Source: Candidatus Margulisiibacteriota bacterium (lineage in GTDB: Bacteria > Margulisbacteria > WOR-1 > O2-12-FULL-45-9 > XYB2-FULL-48-7). From it: a stretch of DNA of 64,000 nt. Positions 38,632 to 48,642 of this stretch are shown here, in pieces. Both the position numbers and the translations under genes were made by a program. The stretch covers positions 1 to 64,000 of the forward strand of contig JBAZTH010000002.1 in NCBI GenBank assembly GCA_041661965.1. The letters run 5' to 3'. The notes beneath the pieces were generated by a model. It was not told the DNA's origin, did no database searches, and worked only from the letters and a program-made list of their open reading frames with translations. Each line of letters starts with the position of its first letter. Positions within the stretch are counted from its first letter, which is position 1.

Positions 38632-39201
38632 ATGGACGTCAAGACCGCCATTAACGAACGGCGCGCCTACCGCTCCCTGATCCCGGTCAAAATCACTCCG
38701 GAATTAATTACCGAACTGGCGACCTGCGCCGGTCTTTCCGCTTCCTGCTTCAACAAACAACCCTGGCGCTTCGTTTTCGTCTATGAAGCGGAACAACTGG
38801 CGAAGCTAAAGACGGCGATGTCAACCGGGAATGAATGGACCTATGATGATTCGATGATCGTCGCCGTCTGCTGTAAAAAAGAAGACGACTGCGTGATGAA
38901 AGACGGGCGTGAATATTTTATGTTCGACACCGGAATGGCGACCGCCCTTCTGATTCTCCGCGCGACCGAGCTGGGCCTTGTCGCCCACCCGATCTCCGGT
39001 TACAACCAAAAAAATGCTAAGGAAATCTTAGTTGTCCCGGAAGAGATGACCCTCTTGACCCTGGTCAATATCGGCAAACATACAACGACAATCAGCCCGC
39101 GCCTCTCCGGCGACCAGATCGAGGCTGAAAAGGCCAGGCCGCCGCGGCTCCCGCTCGAACAATTCGCTTTCCATAATAAGTATGGCGCCGCTTCTGCCTA
39201 G
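38632..39201 (+). CDS. Nitroreductase-family protein
   Basis: N-terminal RRAYRS...FNKQPWRFVFV signature of the NADH-oxidase/nitroreductase fold. Confidence 0.8.
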   Translation: MDVKTAINERRAYRSLIPVKITPELITELATCAGLSASCFNKQPWRFVFVYEAEQLAKLKTAMSTGNEWTYDDSMIVAVCCKKEDDCVMKDGREYFMFDTGMATALLILRATELGLVAHPISGYNQKNAKEILVVPEEMTLLTLVNIGKHTTTISPRLSGDQIEAEKARPPRLPLEQFAFHNKYGAASA

Positions 39202-39518
39202 GCTTTCAGAAAGCGTTTAACCTCCGCTTCGAAGACCGGCTCCGGCCGCATGCCGATCAGCCGATCAATTTCCTTGCCGTCCTTAAAAACAATGATGCAG
39301 GGAATGCCGGTCACGCCGAGTTCACCGGCTTTTTCGACATGATCGGTCGTATTGATCTTCAGGAACTTGGCCGCCGGATATTTAGCCGCGACTTTTTCGT
39401 AGGCCGGCGCCATGGCCCGGCAGGGACCGCACCAGGGAGCCCAAAAATCGACGAACGCCACCCCTTTTCCCTCTTCAACTTCGGTCACGAATTCCCGGTC
39501 TGAAATCTCTCTAACCAT
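39198..39518 (-). CDS. trxA: Thioredoxin
   Basis: WCGPC active site in a ~105-aa Trx fold. Confidence 0.9.
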   Translation of the reverse strand: MVREISDREFVTEVEEGKGVAFVDFWAPWCGPCRAMAPAYEKVAAKYPAAKFLKINTTDHVEKAGELGVTGIPCIIVFKDGKEIDRLIGMRPEPVFEAEVKRFLKA

Positions 39519-39530
39519 GATATATCCCTC

Positions 39531-39812
39531 CTATTTTATTTGTAAAACTTTTCTGATAAAAGGATCAACGACCCGGTAACAAACCTTAACGCCGCGGCGC
39601 TCCCCCTCAATAACGCCGGCCGCTTTTAAAACGTTCAAATGCTGGGAAACGGTCGATTGCGGCAGAGCAAGCCCGGCAACCATTTTATTGACGTTGCATT
39701 CGTTCTCGGCCAACCCTTTGACGATCGCCAGCCGGGCGGGATGCCCCACCGCTTTCAGTAATTCCGCTTGTTTTTCAATCTCCCTATTAATCATATTATT
39801 AGTATAATACAA
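39531..39812 (-). CDS. ArsR/SmtB-family HTH transcriptional regulator
   Basis: Winged HTH (STVSQHLNVLKAAGVI), 93 aa. Confidence 0.7.
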   Translation of the reverse strand: MYYTNNMINREIEKQAELLKAVGHPARLAIVKGLAENECNVNKMVAGLALPQSTVSQHLNVLKAAGVIEGERRGVKVCYRVVDPFIRKVLQIK

Positions 39813-39856
39813 TATATATGTTCATTTGTCAAGCTCTTTCTGGTAGAATATCTACT

Positions 39857-40270
39857 ATGGTAATGATCAGGCACGCCCGGGCGGCCGACCTCCCCCAAAT
39901 TAAAAGCATCCTTAAATCTGTTGACGAGGATATCGCCGCCCAAAGCTGGGACAATTTCCGGGTCGCGGAAAAGTCCGGGATCGTCGTCGGGATCGTGAAG
40001 ATCGACGAATATAAAGACTATTGCTTCCTAAGTTCGCTGGCCTTACAACCGTCGGAACAAAACCAGGGAATTGCCAGCTTCCTCATGGCCCAATCACTGG
40101 CGCAAACCAAGAAAGATGTTTACATCTATACGATCATCCCGGAATTTTTTCGGCGTTTTGGGTTCGCCCCAACGGCGCCGCCCCCTTTTCTTCCCAAAAA
40201 GGACAAAATGGAGTGCGCGCGCTGTCACCCCGCGCTTTGCGTCTGCATGGTAAAACGACATGCGGCCTGA
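39857..40270 (+). CDS. GNAT-family N-acetyltransferase (putative)
   Basis: ~137 aa with GNAT-like segments (GIVVGIVKI...SLALQPSEQNQGIASFLM). Start taken at the internal MVMIRHARAADL. Confidence 0.45.
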   Translation: MVMIRHARAADLPQIKSILKSVDEDIAAQSWDNFRVAEKSGIVVGIVKIDEYKDYCFLSSLALQPSEQNQGIASFLMAQSLAQTKKDVYIYTIIPEFFRRFGFAPTAPPPFLPKKDKMECARCHPALCVCMVKRHAA

Positions 40271-41159
40271 ATACCCTAACTTTAAAAACCTGGAACCGGC
40301 GGATCTCCCTCTTTTGACTGAACACCTCACCCGCTATCAGCCGACAATCTGCGAACTGGCGGTTAGTAATCTCTATCTTTGGCAGGACTTTGACCGCGGC
40401 GCCTACACGTTTATCAACGGCAATCTCTGTTTCCTGATCCATCTGATAAACGACTCCCCTTATTTTCTTGAACCGGTCGGCGACCAAAAAATAGAGGAAA
40501 CCATCGCGGTCTGTCTGCGGCACACCGGCCGGCTTTCGCGGGTTTCCGAAAAAAGCCTGCTCACGCTCCCCTTAAAACTATTGCGCGCCCATTGCCTGCG
40601 GGGGCAAAGCGACTATGTTTATCTCACCAAAGAATTGGCCGAATTCAAAGGGCGGCGCTTTGACGGCAAGCGCAACCATATCAAGAAATTCAAGAAGCAT
40701 TTCCCCGACTATCAATATCTGCCCGTCACCCCCGCTTTTAAAGAACAAGCGTTAGCCCTCTTTGAGGAGTGGTTCGAGGCGCGTAAAGCGACCCAGTTCT
40801 TTCAAAAGCTCGCTTATACCGCCCAAAAAACCGCCTTAACCAAAGCGTTCGATCTCTTCGAAACTTTGCGGCTGTCCGGCGGGGCAATAGTTGCCGAAGG
40901 AAAACTTAAAGCCTTTGTGATCGGCAGTCGGCTGAATAAAAACACCGTTACGGCCCATTTCCAATACAGCGACACCACCGCCCAAGGGGTGACCCAGACT
41001 TTGTGGCAAGAAGCCTGCTCCAAAACATTTGCCGATTATCCCCGCATCAACCTGGAACAGGACCTGGGGATCCCCGGCCTGCGCAAAGCAAAAATGTCGT
41101 ATTACCCGGAAAAGATCGAACAGAAATACGAGATCAGGCCTGGAATCAAGCGGCTTTAA
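40260..41159 (+). CDS. DUF2156-like protein (MprF C-terminal / aminoacyl-tRNA-dependent transferase-like fold)
   Basis: The GKRNHIKKF block and overall composition resemble DUF2156. Low certainty. Confidence 0.35.
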   Translation: MRPEYPNFKNLEPADLPLLTEHLTRYQPTICELAVSNLYLWQDFDRGAYTFINGNLCFLIHLINDSPYFLEPVGDQKIEETIAVCLRHTGRLSRVSEKSLLTLPLKLLRAHCLRGQSDYVYLTKELAEFKGRRFDGKRNHIKKFKKHFPDYQYLPVTPAFKEQALALFEEWFEARKATQFFQKLAYTAQKTALTKAFDLFETLRLSGGAIVAEGKLKAFVIGSRLNKNTVTAHFQYSDTTAQGVTQTLWQEACSKTFADYPRINLEQDLGIPGLRKAKMSYYPEKIEQKYEIRPGIKRL

Positions 41160-41628
41160 GCCGCAACAACCGGACGTAGTGGCGCCGCTCCTCTTCAATG
41201 ATCTTATCCAAAACCGGCCGCTCCGCTTGCGGGACCAGGCTTTTCAGCTCCAGGTAATAGAGGATCGAATCGATCTCCGCTTTCAGGGCGATCGCGATCC
41301 CTTCCGCCGGGTCTTTGAGCTCCTTGGCCGAAAACATCGCGACCAGTCCCGGCGTAAAAATATGCTCGTCGGCAAAACCTTTCAGATACTCGTAATATTC
41401 TCCGGGAAAGCTTTCGGACAGCGGCGAATGGCCGAGCTTGGAAAGGAGGGCCAGAAAAATTCCTCGATGTTTAACTTCCTGTTCCGCTAAATATTTAAAG
41501 ACCTCTTTAAACTTCGGATCGCCCGACTGCTCCGCCAGTTTCCGGTATAACGCTTCCCCGTTTTCTTCGATCCTGACCGCCCCTTGCAGGACTTCGTCGG
41601 CGTGGAAAAAAGTTGCCATCAATTTCAC
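41146..41628 (-). CDS. Ferritin-like/rubrerythrin-family diiron protein (no rubredoxin domain)
   Basis: Four-helix-bundle EE...H motif pairs (YLAEQEVKHRGIF, ELKSLVPQAE). Confidence 0.55.
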   Translation of the reverse strand: MKLMATFFHADEVLQGAVRIEENGEALYRKLAEQSGDPKFKEVFKYLAEQEVKHRGIFLALLSKLGHSPLSESFPGEYYEYLKGFADEHIFTPGLVAMFSAKELKDPAEGIAIALKAEIDSILYYLELKSLVPQAERPVLDKIIEEERRHYVRLLRLKAA

Positions 41629-42122
41629 TTCCCTCCCGAATTAATAATTTTTTCTTTTTCTTTGGTCAAAATCTGGTAATGGTTTCTTTCTTGCACGATT
41701 ATCCTTTCCACTCCCGCTCTTTCTTCCACCGGGATTAAACCTAAAAGTTTTTCGTAGAACTCCGCCGTCTCTTTCTCGGCCAGCAACGCGAAATCAAAAA
41801 CTTCGATTTTCGAGCCGATTTTTTTACCGACCAAAGCCAAGACATTGTCCGGCAGAAACACATGTTCACCCGCAAAACCCTTTAAATAATCAAGCTTATC
41901 CCGGTCGAGGCTCATTTGAGATTGCGGCCCCTTTATCAATGTAGACAAAAGCCCCTCAAAGTAACTTCTGTGATAAGTCTCCTGGTCCGCTAACAATTTA
42001 AAAAGTTGCTTGATCTCCTCAACTTCGAACTGTTTGGTCAGATAGCGATAAACCATCTCCCCATTTTCTTCGATTTTAATGGCCATTTTAACGATATCCT
42101 CAACCGCGATATTATAATTCAT
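41625..42122 (-). CDS. Ferritin-like/rubrerythrin-family diiron protein (paralog)
   Basis: Paralog of 41146-41628 (LADQETYHRSYFEGL). Confidence 0.55.
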   Translation of the reverse strand: MNYNIAVEDIVKMAIKIEENGEMVYRYLTKQFEVEEIKQLFKLLADQETYHRSYFEGLLSTLIKGPQSQMSLDRDKLDYLKGFAGEHVFLPDNVLALVGKKIGSKIEVFDFALLAEKETAEFYEKLLGLIPVEERAGVERIIVQERNHYQILTKEKEKIINSGGK

Positions 42123-42125
42123 AAT

Positions 42126-42956
42126 TTAAACCATCCTTTTTAAAATTGTGTTTACCAGCTCGGCCCTATTAACTCCTCCTTTAACGGGAATTTCAAAGGT
42201 CGGCCTGGTCGTCTGATAGAGCTTGCCGAGGGCTATTTTCGCCTCGTCATCATAATTCCACTCCCGGATCTTCCGGAAAGCCTCGTCATAATTAGCGTGA
42301 TTGTGGCCGACCAGCTCGTAGATCCGCTGATTATAATTATCGTATTGATTAAAAAAAGTAACACAAACCTGCAGGACATCGATCAGCGCGAAGCCGGGAT
42401 GAAGCACGGCCTCTTTGATCAAGGCTTTGAGCTGATCGATCTTGGCGGAATAACCCCGGGCCAGGTAGGTCGCCCCGGCGGAAAGCAAAAGTTCGAGCGG
42501 ATTGAACGGATGCTCGCCGGTCCCGCCCGGCGTTGACCGCCCCTTGAAACCATAAGGCGAAGTCGGGGTGTACTGGCCGGTCGTCAGCGCGTAGACCCGG
42601 TTGTCGTGGACCACGACGGTCAGATCGATATTCCGCTTGGCGGCAAAGAGGAGATGCTCCAACCCCTCACCGTAAGAATCGCCGTCGCCGACAAAGACGA
42701 TCACCTTTAATTTGGAATTGGCCAGCTTGATCCCTTCTGCCCCGGCGATCGCCCGGCCGTGCAGGGCGTAAAAACTGTTGAGGTTCAAATAGTCGGCCAG
42801 CTTCCCATGCTGGCCGATCCCCGCCGCCAAGACGACCGTCTCCAGGGGAACGCCTCCGGCTTTAAGTTCGTCCAGTACCCCTTTCATCGCGTTTAAGATC
42901 GCGAAATTGCCGCACCCCGGACACCAATAATTAGGCGAATTAGTCAGATAGTTCAT
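42126..42956 (-). CDS. korB: 2-oxoacid:ferredoxin oxidoreductase beta subunit (TPP-binding)
   Basis: GCGNFAIL and the GDGDSYGEG ThDP motif. Confidence 0.85.
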   Translation of the reverse strand: MNYLTNSPNYWCPGCGNFAILNAMKGVLDELKAGGVPLETVVLAAGIGQHGKLADYLNLNSFYALHGRAIAGAEGIKLANSKLKVIVFVGDGDSYGEGLEHLLFAAKRNIDLTVVVHDNRVYALTTGQYTPTSPYGFKGRSTPGGTGEHPFNPLELLLSAGATYLARGYSAKIDQLKALIKEAVLHPGFALIDVLQVCVTFFNQYDNYNQRIYELVGHNHANYDEAFRKIREWNYDDEAKIALGKLYQTTRPTFEIPVKGGVNRAELVNTILKRMV

Positions 42957-44605
42957 TTTATCGTCCTCGCCAATCGCTCTTCCAGTAATTCCACGGTCAG
43001 CGGTCGGCCGTCGTAATTTAAGACCAGCGCGTCGATCTTATAACCGGCCGCCTTCAGCAATTGCGCCAACTGGCCGGTCGCGTTATCTTCAACGACAATT
43101 ATTTCTTCAACTCCCGACAAGGCCCGCCGGAGCAGCGTTAGGGGGAGCGGGTTCAGGACCAGCGGCTGAACGATCCGAACATCGAACTTCTCGGTCGCTT
43201 CAAGGCACAAATGTTTGTTCGAACCCCAGCAAACAACCGCCGTTTTGGCGCTTTTCTTACCGTAAACCGCGACCGCGTCAAGTGTTTCGATCTCTTTGAG
43301 CAAGGCCAGCTCTTTCCGCAAGCGTTTGTCCTGCATCGTTTTAGTTGTCGCGGCCTCTTCAGTCGTCGTCCCGTCTTCTTCGTGTTCGTAACTGTTGATC
43401 TTAACGACCGCTCCGGCCCGGCCCGGGAAAGCCAGCGGCGAGACGCCGCTCTCCGTTTTCGCGTAGCGGCGATAATCGCCCTGCCCGTCCCACAAAAGCG
43501 TTTTTTCTTCCGGGAAAGCTTTAACGGACGCGGGATCGAAACTATAAGCTCCTTCAGCCACGTTCTTGTCGGTCAAAATGATCGCCGGCAACTGGAACTG
43601 CCAGGCCAAGCGGAGCGCGACCCCGCTCCAGTAATAAGCTTCCTCCGCGTCCCCCGGCGCGACGATCAGCCGGGTAAATTCCCCCTGTCCCGCCGAGAGA
43701 GCAAAGTTCAGTTCGGTCTGGCAAGAATAGGTCGGCAAGCCCGTGCTTGGGCCCGGCCGCTGGCCCAAGACCACGACGATCGGCAATTCCGCCATCCCGG
43801 CAAAGCTCAAGCTTTCGGTCATCAGGCAAAACCCGCCGCCGGAAGTTCCAACCGCCGCTTTTTTTCCGGCGTAAGCAAAGCCAAGGGCCATCATGATCAC
43901 GGCGATCTCGCTCTCCGGGTGGACGACCTGCAAACTAAACGTTTCCGCCTGTTGGGCAAGGAAATGAAGAATAGTCGACGATGGGGTCATCGGATAAGCA
44001 ACATAAGCGTCCAACCCGGCCGCCATTAGGCCGAGGCCCAGCGCTTCGTTGCCGGTGACAAACGGCAAGAGATCGGGGTTTTGTTGGTCGACTTTCAAGT
44101 GGACCGTGGCGGCGTCATATCCCTGCCGGGCCAGGTTTAAATTGATCTCAATTTCTTTCTTCAGGTTGGCGCGGAGGACATTCTCCAGTTTTTCCCACGG
44201 CAGACCCAGGACCTTCGCCAGAGCGCCAAGCATGGCGGTGTTGCGGACGATCGCCGGGGCTCCCGCCGCTTTGACCAGCGAAGTTAAGGGCAGCCCCAAG
44301 CCGTCAGTTTTAACCACTTCGGAATCAAAGACCACCACCGTCTTGCTGTGGCGTTTCTCTTTATGTTTATCAATGCAGTCTTGGTTCAAGGCAAGCAAAA
44401 TATCAACGGTCTGGCGATGGCTGCCGATCTTGTTTTTTGCTCCCCGAATGATGGAGAAGGTATGTCCGCCGCGGATCAGAGAGGGATAATCGCGATAGAC
44501 GTAAAGCCGGAAACCAAGCTGGTTCAAAAGCTTGGCGATCAGGACCGCGGCCTGGTCGATCCCGTCTCCCGCCCGGCCCCCGATGAAAATAGAAAGTCCG
44601 TCCAT
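42953..44605 (-). CDS. korA: 2-oxoacid:ferredoxin oxidoreductase alpha subunit (fused gamma+alpha domains)
   Basis: 550 aa. Gamma-like N-terminal domain followed by an alpha domain. Translationally coupled to the beta subunit. Confidence 0.85.
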   Translation of the reverse strand: MDGLSIFIGGRAGDGIDQAAVLIAKLLNQLGFRLYVYRDYPSLIRGGHTFSIIRGAKNKIGSHRQTVDILLALNQDCIDKHKEKRHSKTVVVFDSEVVKTDGLGLPLTSLVKAAGAPAIVRNTAMLGALAKVLGLPWEKLENVLRANLKKEIEINLNLARQGYDAATVHLKVDQQNPDLLPFVTGNEALGLGLMAAGLDAYVAYPMTPSSTILHFLAQQAETFSLQVVHPESEIAVIMMALGFAYAGKKAAVGTSGGGFCLMTESLSFAGMAELPIVVVLGQRPGPSTGLPTYSCQTELNFALSAGQGEFTRLIVAPGDAEEAYYWSGVALRLAWQFQLPAIILTDKNVAEGAYSFDPASVKAFPEEKTLLWDGQGDYRRYAKTESGVSPLAFPGRAGAVVKINSYEHEEDGTTTEEAATTKTMQDKRLRKELALLKEIETLDAVAVYGKKSAKTAVVCWGSNKHLCLEATEKFDVRIVQPLVLNPLPLTLLRRALSGVEEIIVVEDNATGQLAQLLKAAGYKIDALVLNYDGRPLTVELLEERLARTIK

Positions 44606-44660
44606 ATCGGAAGTATAAAGCGGTCATGGGATAAGGGTCAAGGGCTCTCTCGAAATTCCG

Positions 44661-46034
44661 CTAGGCTTTCTTATGTTTCCAGCGTCCGGTCAGGAACCAC
44701 CCGAGGTTCAAAGCGGCCAACGCGATCTGGGCAATCAGCCCGGCATACCAGACCCCGTCGACGCCGATCCCCAGCTGTTCCGAAAGAATTATCGCCAACG
44801 GGATCTGAATGATCCAGAGCGACAAGAAAGTGTTGATCATCGTCACCATCGTATCCCCCGCCCCCGAGATCGAACGGTCAAGGATCAAGCCCAGCGCGAT
44901 AAAGGGGCAACCGATCCCGGTTATCTGCATGATCACCGCCCCGATCCGGACCACTTCCGGATTAGGATCGAAAAAAGCGATCAACGGGCCGGCAAAAACA
45001 AAAAAGATCAAACCCATTACGGCCATAAACGACCCATAGATGGCCGAAGCGATCCAAGCGGTCCGGACCGCCCGTTCCGGTTTTTTCGCTCCCAGGTTAT
45101 GGCCGACCATCGTCGCCGCCGCCATCCCCATGGCAAAACCCGGCATTAAAAGCAGCATGCTAAGCCTGATACTAACCCCATAAGCCGCGACCGCCATCGT
45201 CCCAAAACCGGCCACGACCCACATCAAGACAACTCCCATCAAGCCACGCAGGGTCATCTGGATCGAAGCGGGAAAGCCGATCATTAAGATTCGACTAATG
45301 ACCGAACCGTCAATTTTATAATCATGGAGCTTCAATTGGATGTGCGACCGCCCCCGGATCATGACCTCAAAGGCGACCAAACAACCGATGCCGCGCGAAA
45401 TGATCGTCGCCAGAGCCGCGCCCGGGACTCCCATTTCCGGAAAGAAACCAACTCCGAAGATCAGGAGCGGATCAAGGATCGTGTTCAGGAGGATCGAGAA
45501 AGCCAGGATCAGCATTGGGGTCATCGTGTCCCCCGCCCCCTGCAGGACCGCCATGATCAGGAACATAAAGAAGATCACAAAGGACCCGGCAAAGGTAATG
45601 TGCATGTAGCTTGTCCCGAGCGGCATCACTTCCGGCGTCGCCCCCAGGAGTTGCAATAGCGGCGCGGATATAACATAGCCAAGGACCGCTAATATAATTG
45701 AACCGACCAAAGCAATGATCAGCGATTGCTGGACGACTCGTTCGGCCCGGCCATGCTCCTTGGCGCCGATCGCCCGGGCGACCATGGCGGTCGTCCCGAC
45801 GCCGATCCCCATCATCATAAACATCACGACCATGATGATCGAGCCGCTCATCGCCACTGCCGCCAAAGCGGTGGAACCGAGCCGGCCAACCCAGAACATA
45901 TTGACCAGCTCAAACATTGTCTGTAAAAAGTTGCTGACGATCATCGGGGTCGCCAGGAAAAAGATGTTCTTGGCGATGCTCCCATCGGTTAAGTCGCGCC
46001 GTTCTTTAAATTTATGGTAAAGCCGTTTGATCAT
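44661..46034 (-). CDS. MATE-family efflux transporter
   Basis: 12-TM protein with duplicated 6-TM bundles and a NorM-like N-terminus. Confidence 0.85.
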   Translation of the reverse strand: MIKRLYHKFKERRDLTDGSIAKNIFFLATPMIVSNFLQTMFELVNMFWVGRLGSTALAAVAMSGSIIMVVMFMMMGIGVGTTAMVARAIGAKEHGRAERVVQQSLIIALVGSIILAVLGYVISAPLLQLLGATPEVMPLGTSYMHITFAGSFVIFFMFLIMAVLQGAGDTMTPMLILAFSILLNTILDPLLIFGVGFFPEMGVPGAALATIISRGIGCLVAFEVMIRGRSHIQLKLHDYKIDGSVISRILMIGFPASIQMTLRGLMGVVLMWVVAGFGTMAVAAYGVSIRLSMLLLMPGFAMGMAAATMVGHNLGAKKPERAVRTAWIASAIYGSFMAVMGLIFFVFAGPLIAFFDPNPEVVRIGAVIMQITGIGCPFIALGLILDRSISGAGDTMVTMINTFLSLWIIQIPLAIILSEQLGIGVDGVWYAGLIAQIALAALNLGWFLTGRWKHKKA

Positions 46035-46084
46035 TTAATTAATTCCCGGAGGCCTGCGACAATATCGTCGCGGCCTCCAATTTA

Positions 46085-46146
46085 ACCGCGCAATTAATTG
46101 CGCGGTTAAATAAAACTTGGAAGCCGTCCCGATCCGATCGGGACAA
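46085..46146. promoter_or_regulatory. Perfect 24-bp palindrome AACCGCGCAATTAATTGCGCGGTT (46085-46108) plus palindrome GTCCCGATC-CG-ATCGGGAC (46127-46146), between the bioC stop and the MATE start
   Basis: Read directly. Candidate operator/terminator in the MATE promoter region. An additional hairpin GGAGGCC...GGCCTCC lies at 46049-46078. Confidence 0.35.
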
Positions 46147-46201
46147 GTTTACGTTTCTCATTGACAACCTTTTTCATCAGTCCCGCAGGTTTCCGTCTTT
46201 A

Positions 46202-46903
46202 TCATTTAATTGCCGTTCCTATTATAACTTCGTAACTCGCAGTAAACGGCCGTTTTTTTAAGCCGGTGATCTTCCCCGGTTTCTCGCTATTGATCGGACT
46301 GTTCGCCCCGATCGACCGCAAATGACCGACCAGCTCCTTAACTCCGGGAAAAGTCTGTCTGACGAGGTCGGTCTTCACCTCCACCTGGGAAAAAGACTTT
46401 AGGCTCTCTGCTAACTTCACCGGAGCCGGAAAATCATTAATGCGGAAGCCACAGGCTTTGAGTTCGGCCAAGGTCCCGGGCCCGAAAGTGGCAAAAACAA
46501 ATCGCCCGCCGGGAAGGAGTAATTTTAGCACATTATTAAAAACTTTCTCCACTTTCATCCATTGCAGGGAAGCGTTTGCGACGATTAGGTCATATTGGCC
46601 ATCATTATATTGCTCACCGTCGGCAACCAGATATTTGATGTTCGCCCGCTGGTTCCGCTCTCTGGCCTCGGCGATCATCCCCGGCGCGATATCAACCCCC
46701 ACGACCCTGGCGAGAGGGAATTTTTCCGCCAGCCGTCTGGTCAGGTAGCCCGTCCCGCACCCCAGGTCCAGGATCCTGGTCGGACAAACCCCGGTTAAAG
46801 CGTAAAGCCGGTCCGCCATTTCCTTTTGTAAAATAGCCTCGGAATCGTAAGCCGCGGCCCCGCGGGAAAAATTCCGTTTGATCAGTTCTTTACCCATGGG
46901 CAA
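46202..46903 (-). CDS. bioC: Class I SAM-dependent methyltransferase, likely malonyl-ACP O-methyltransferase
   Basis: LDLGCGTG SAM motif. Adjacent to bioH-like, bioB, bioF and bioD genes. Confidence 0.6.
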   Translation of the reverse strand: MPMGKELIKRNFSRGAAAYDSEAILQKEMADRLYALTGVCPTRILDLGCGTGYLTRRLAEKFPLARVVGVDIAPGMIAEARERNQRANIKYLVADGEQYNDGQYDLIVANASLQWMKVEKVFNNVLKLLLPGGRFVFATFGPGTLAELKACGFRINDFPAPVKLAESLKSFSQVEVKTDLVRQTFPGVKELVGHLRSIGANSPINSEKPGKITGLKKRPFTASYEVIIGTAIK

Positions 46904-47528
46904 AATCCGCGATCAAACCGGCCAGTTCGGTTTTCGCTTCAAGCTGGGGAACATGCCCCACCCCTTTGAGCCAGGCCAAACGGCTCTCCGGAATATTCTT
47001 GGCGGTAAATTCCGCCGCCGCCGGCAAACAAATCTCATCTTGATCGCCGTGAACGACCAGGGTCGGCAGACGAAGTTCGCTGATCTCTTCGCGCAGATCG
47101 ACCGCCGCCAAGGCTGCTAATTCGTGCGCAGCGGAATCGGGCGGCAGGTCAAGCGGCGCGACCGGTTTTTTCTCTTTAAAGACCAGTTCGTAAAACGCCC
47201 CCAAACCTTCCCGCTTGATCTTCTTCGTTAAGCGGGCTAGCAAAGCGGGCGATAGTCCCGCAGGATAATCTGCGGCGGCCAGGAATTTCGGGGTCGTGGA
47301 GATGAGGACCAGGCGGGCGACTTTGTCCGGTGCCAACAGCGCTGCCTTGACCGCCAGCATCCCCCCCATCGACCAACCGACCAGGCAACTCTGCGGCGGC
47401 AGCATTTCCGCCACCCGGCGGGCTTCGACCGCCAGATCTTCAAAACAAAGTTCCGGCGCCGACCCGGCCGGCAGCTCTTGCCAGATCCCCGGACCAACGG
47501 CAAAGCCGTGCAAGTAAACGATTTCCAT
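46890..47528 (-). CDS. bioH: Alpha/beta hydrolase, pimeloyl-ACP methyl ester esterase-like
   Basis: GWSMGG nucleophile elbow. Overlaps bioC. Assignment rests on biotin-cluster context. Confidence 0.55.
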   Translation of the reverse strand: MEIVYLHGFAVGPGIWQELPAGSAPELCFEDLAVEARRVAEMLPPQSCLVGWSMGGMLAVKAALLAPDKVARLVLISTTPKFLAAADYPAGLSPALLARLTKKIKREGLGAFYELVFKEKKPVAPLDLPPDSAAHELAALAAVDLREEISELRLPTLVVHGDQDEICLPAAAEFTAKNIPESRLAWLKGVGHVPQLEAKTELAGLIADFAHG

Positions 47529-47551
47529 CTCTCTATGTTATAATTTCCACA

Positions 47552-48604
47552 ATGAATTATCAAGGAAGGGCCGCCGCGTTCTTGCTCGCTTGCCTCCTCC
47601 TTTTTACCCAACCGGCGGCGGCAGAAAAACCTTTTACTTACAATGTCCTCCCTTACGCTTTCTATGATTCCTCGCTCGGCACGATGGGCGGCCTGTTCGG
47701 CGCCAGCCGGAACCTCTTTCAGCGCGACGAACTGATCAACGTCTATTTCAACCTGGTCAACAGCGGAGCCAAGGAAGTCAATCTGGCCAGCGCCTGGCCG
47801 AGCAAAGAACTCCGCTACGACCATGAAAAGACCCCTTTCGCCGTCGACACCGAGCTTTCGGTCGGGACCGCCGTCGACGACCGTTTCTATGGCCTTGGAA
47901 TGGGAACGTCCGACAAGCAATACTCAAATTACAATAATAATTACACTAACCTCCGGCTTTATCTGATCAAGCCGGTGACCAAACAACTCCGGATCGGTTT
48001 GATGCTTCACTCCTCTAACAACCAGCTTTTTATGATCAACAACCAGCTCAATCCGATCACGACCGAGATCGAAGACCAGCTGCGCAATTATCAGGTCGTG
48101 AGTTTTTTCCTGAAGGGGGAAGAGTTCGATAGCCCTCTCAATCCGGCGAACAGCTGGGGAATGATGAACTCGATCGACTTTGGCTCCGCCAACTTCGTCC
48201 GCTGGAAAACCGAGCTGACCCGGACGGTCTCCCTCCTGGCCGATCATGTTCTGGCGAGCCGCTTGGCCGTCGTTCAAATAAGCGGCGAGAAGATCCCCCT
48301 GTACGAATACGCGACCCTGGGCGGGCGAAACAACCTGCGGGGCTATCCCTGGTACCGCTTCCGCGGCAAGGGATCAACGCTGGCTAACCTGGAATATCGC
48401 TTTCCCCTGATCTGGGGATTGGGAGGAGTCCTCTTGCTCGATAGCGGACGCGTCTATAATGAAGCGGGGAATTTCGATCTGGGCTGGGCGACCAATTACG
48501 GGCTTGGCCTCCGGCTCTATCTGCCGACCATGACCTTGCGGGCCGACTACAGCGTTTCTAACGAAGGTGGCTTCGTCACCTTCTATTACAATCACGCCTT
48601 TTAG
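47552..48604 (+). CDS. Outer-membrane beta-barrel protein (Omp85/surface-antigen-like C-terminal domain?)
   Basis: Signal peptide with AAA cleavage site, alternating beta-strand pattern, and a C-terminal aromatic residue (…YYNHAF). Implies a diderm host. Confidence 0.45.
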   Translation: MNYQGRAAAFLLACLLLFTQPAAAEKPFTYNVLPYAFYDSSLGTMGGLFGASRNLFQRDELINVYFNLVNSGAKEVNLASAWPSKELRYDHEKTPFAVDTELSVGTAVDDRFYGLGMGTSDKQYSNYNNNYTNLRLYLIKPVTKQLRIGLMLHSSNNQLFMINNQLNPITTEIEDQLRNYQVVSFFLKGEEFDSPLNPANSWGMMNSIDFGSANFVRWKTELTRTVSLLADHVLASRLAVVQISGEKIPLYEYATLGGRNNLRGYPWYRFRGKGSTLANLEYRFPLIWGLGGVLLLDSGRVYNEAGNFDLGWATNYGLGLRLYLPTMTLRADYSVSNEGGFVTFYYNHAF

Positions 48605-48642
48605 CTCTCCCTTATCCGGCAAGGATTTGGTATAATTTCAGA

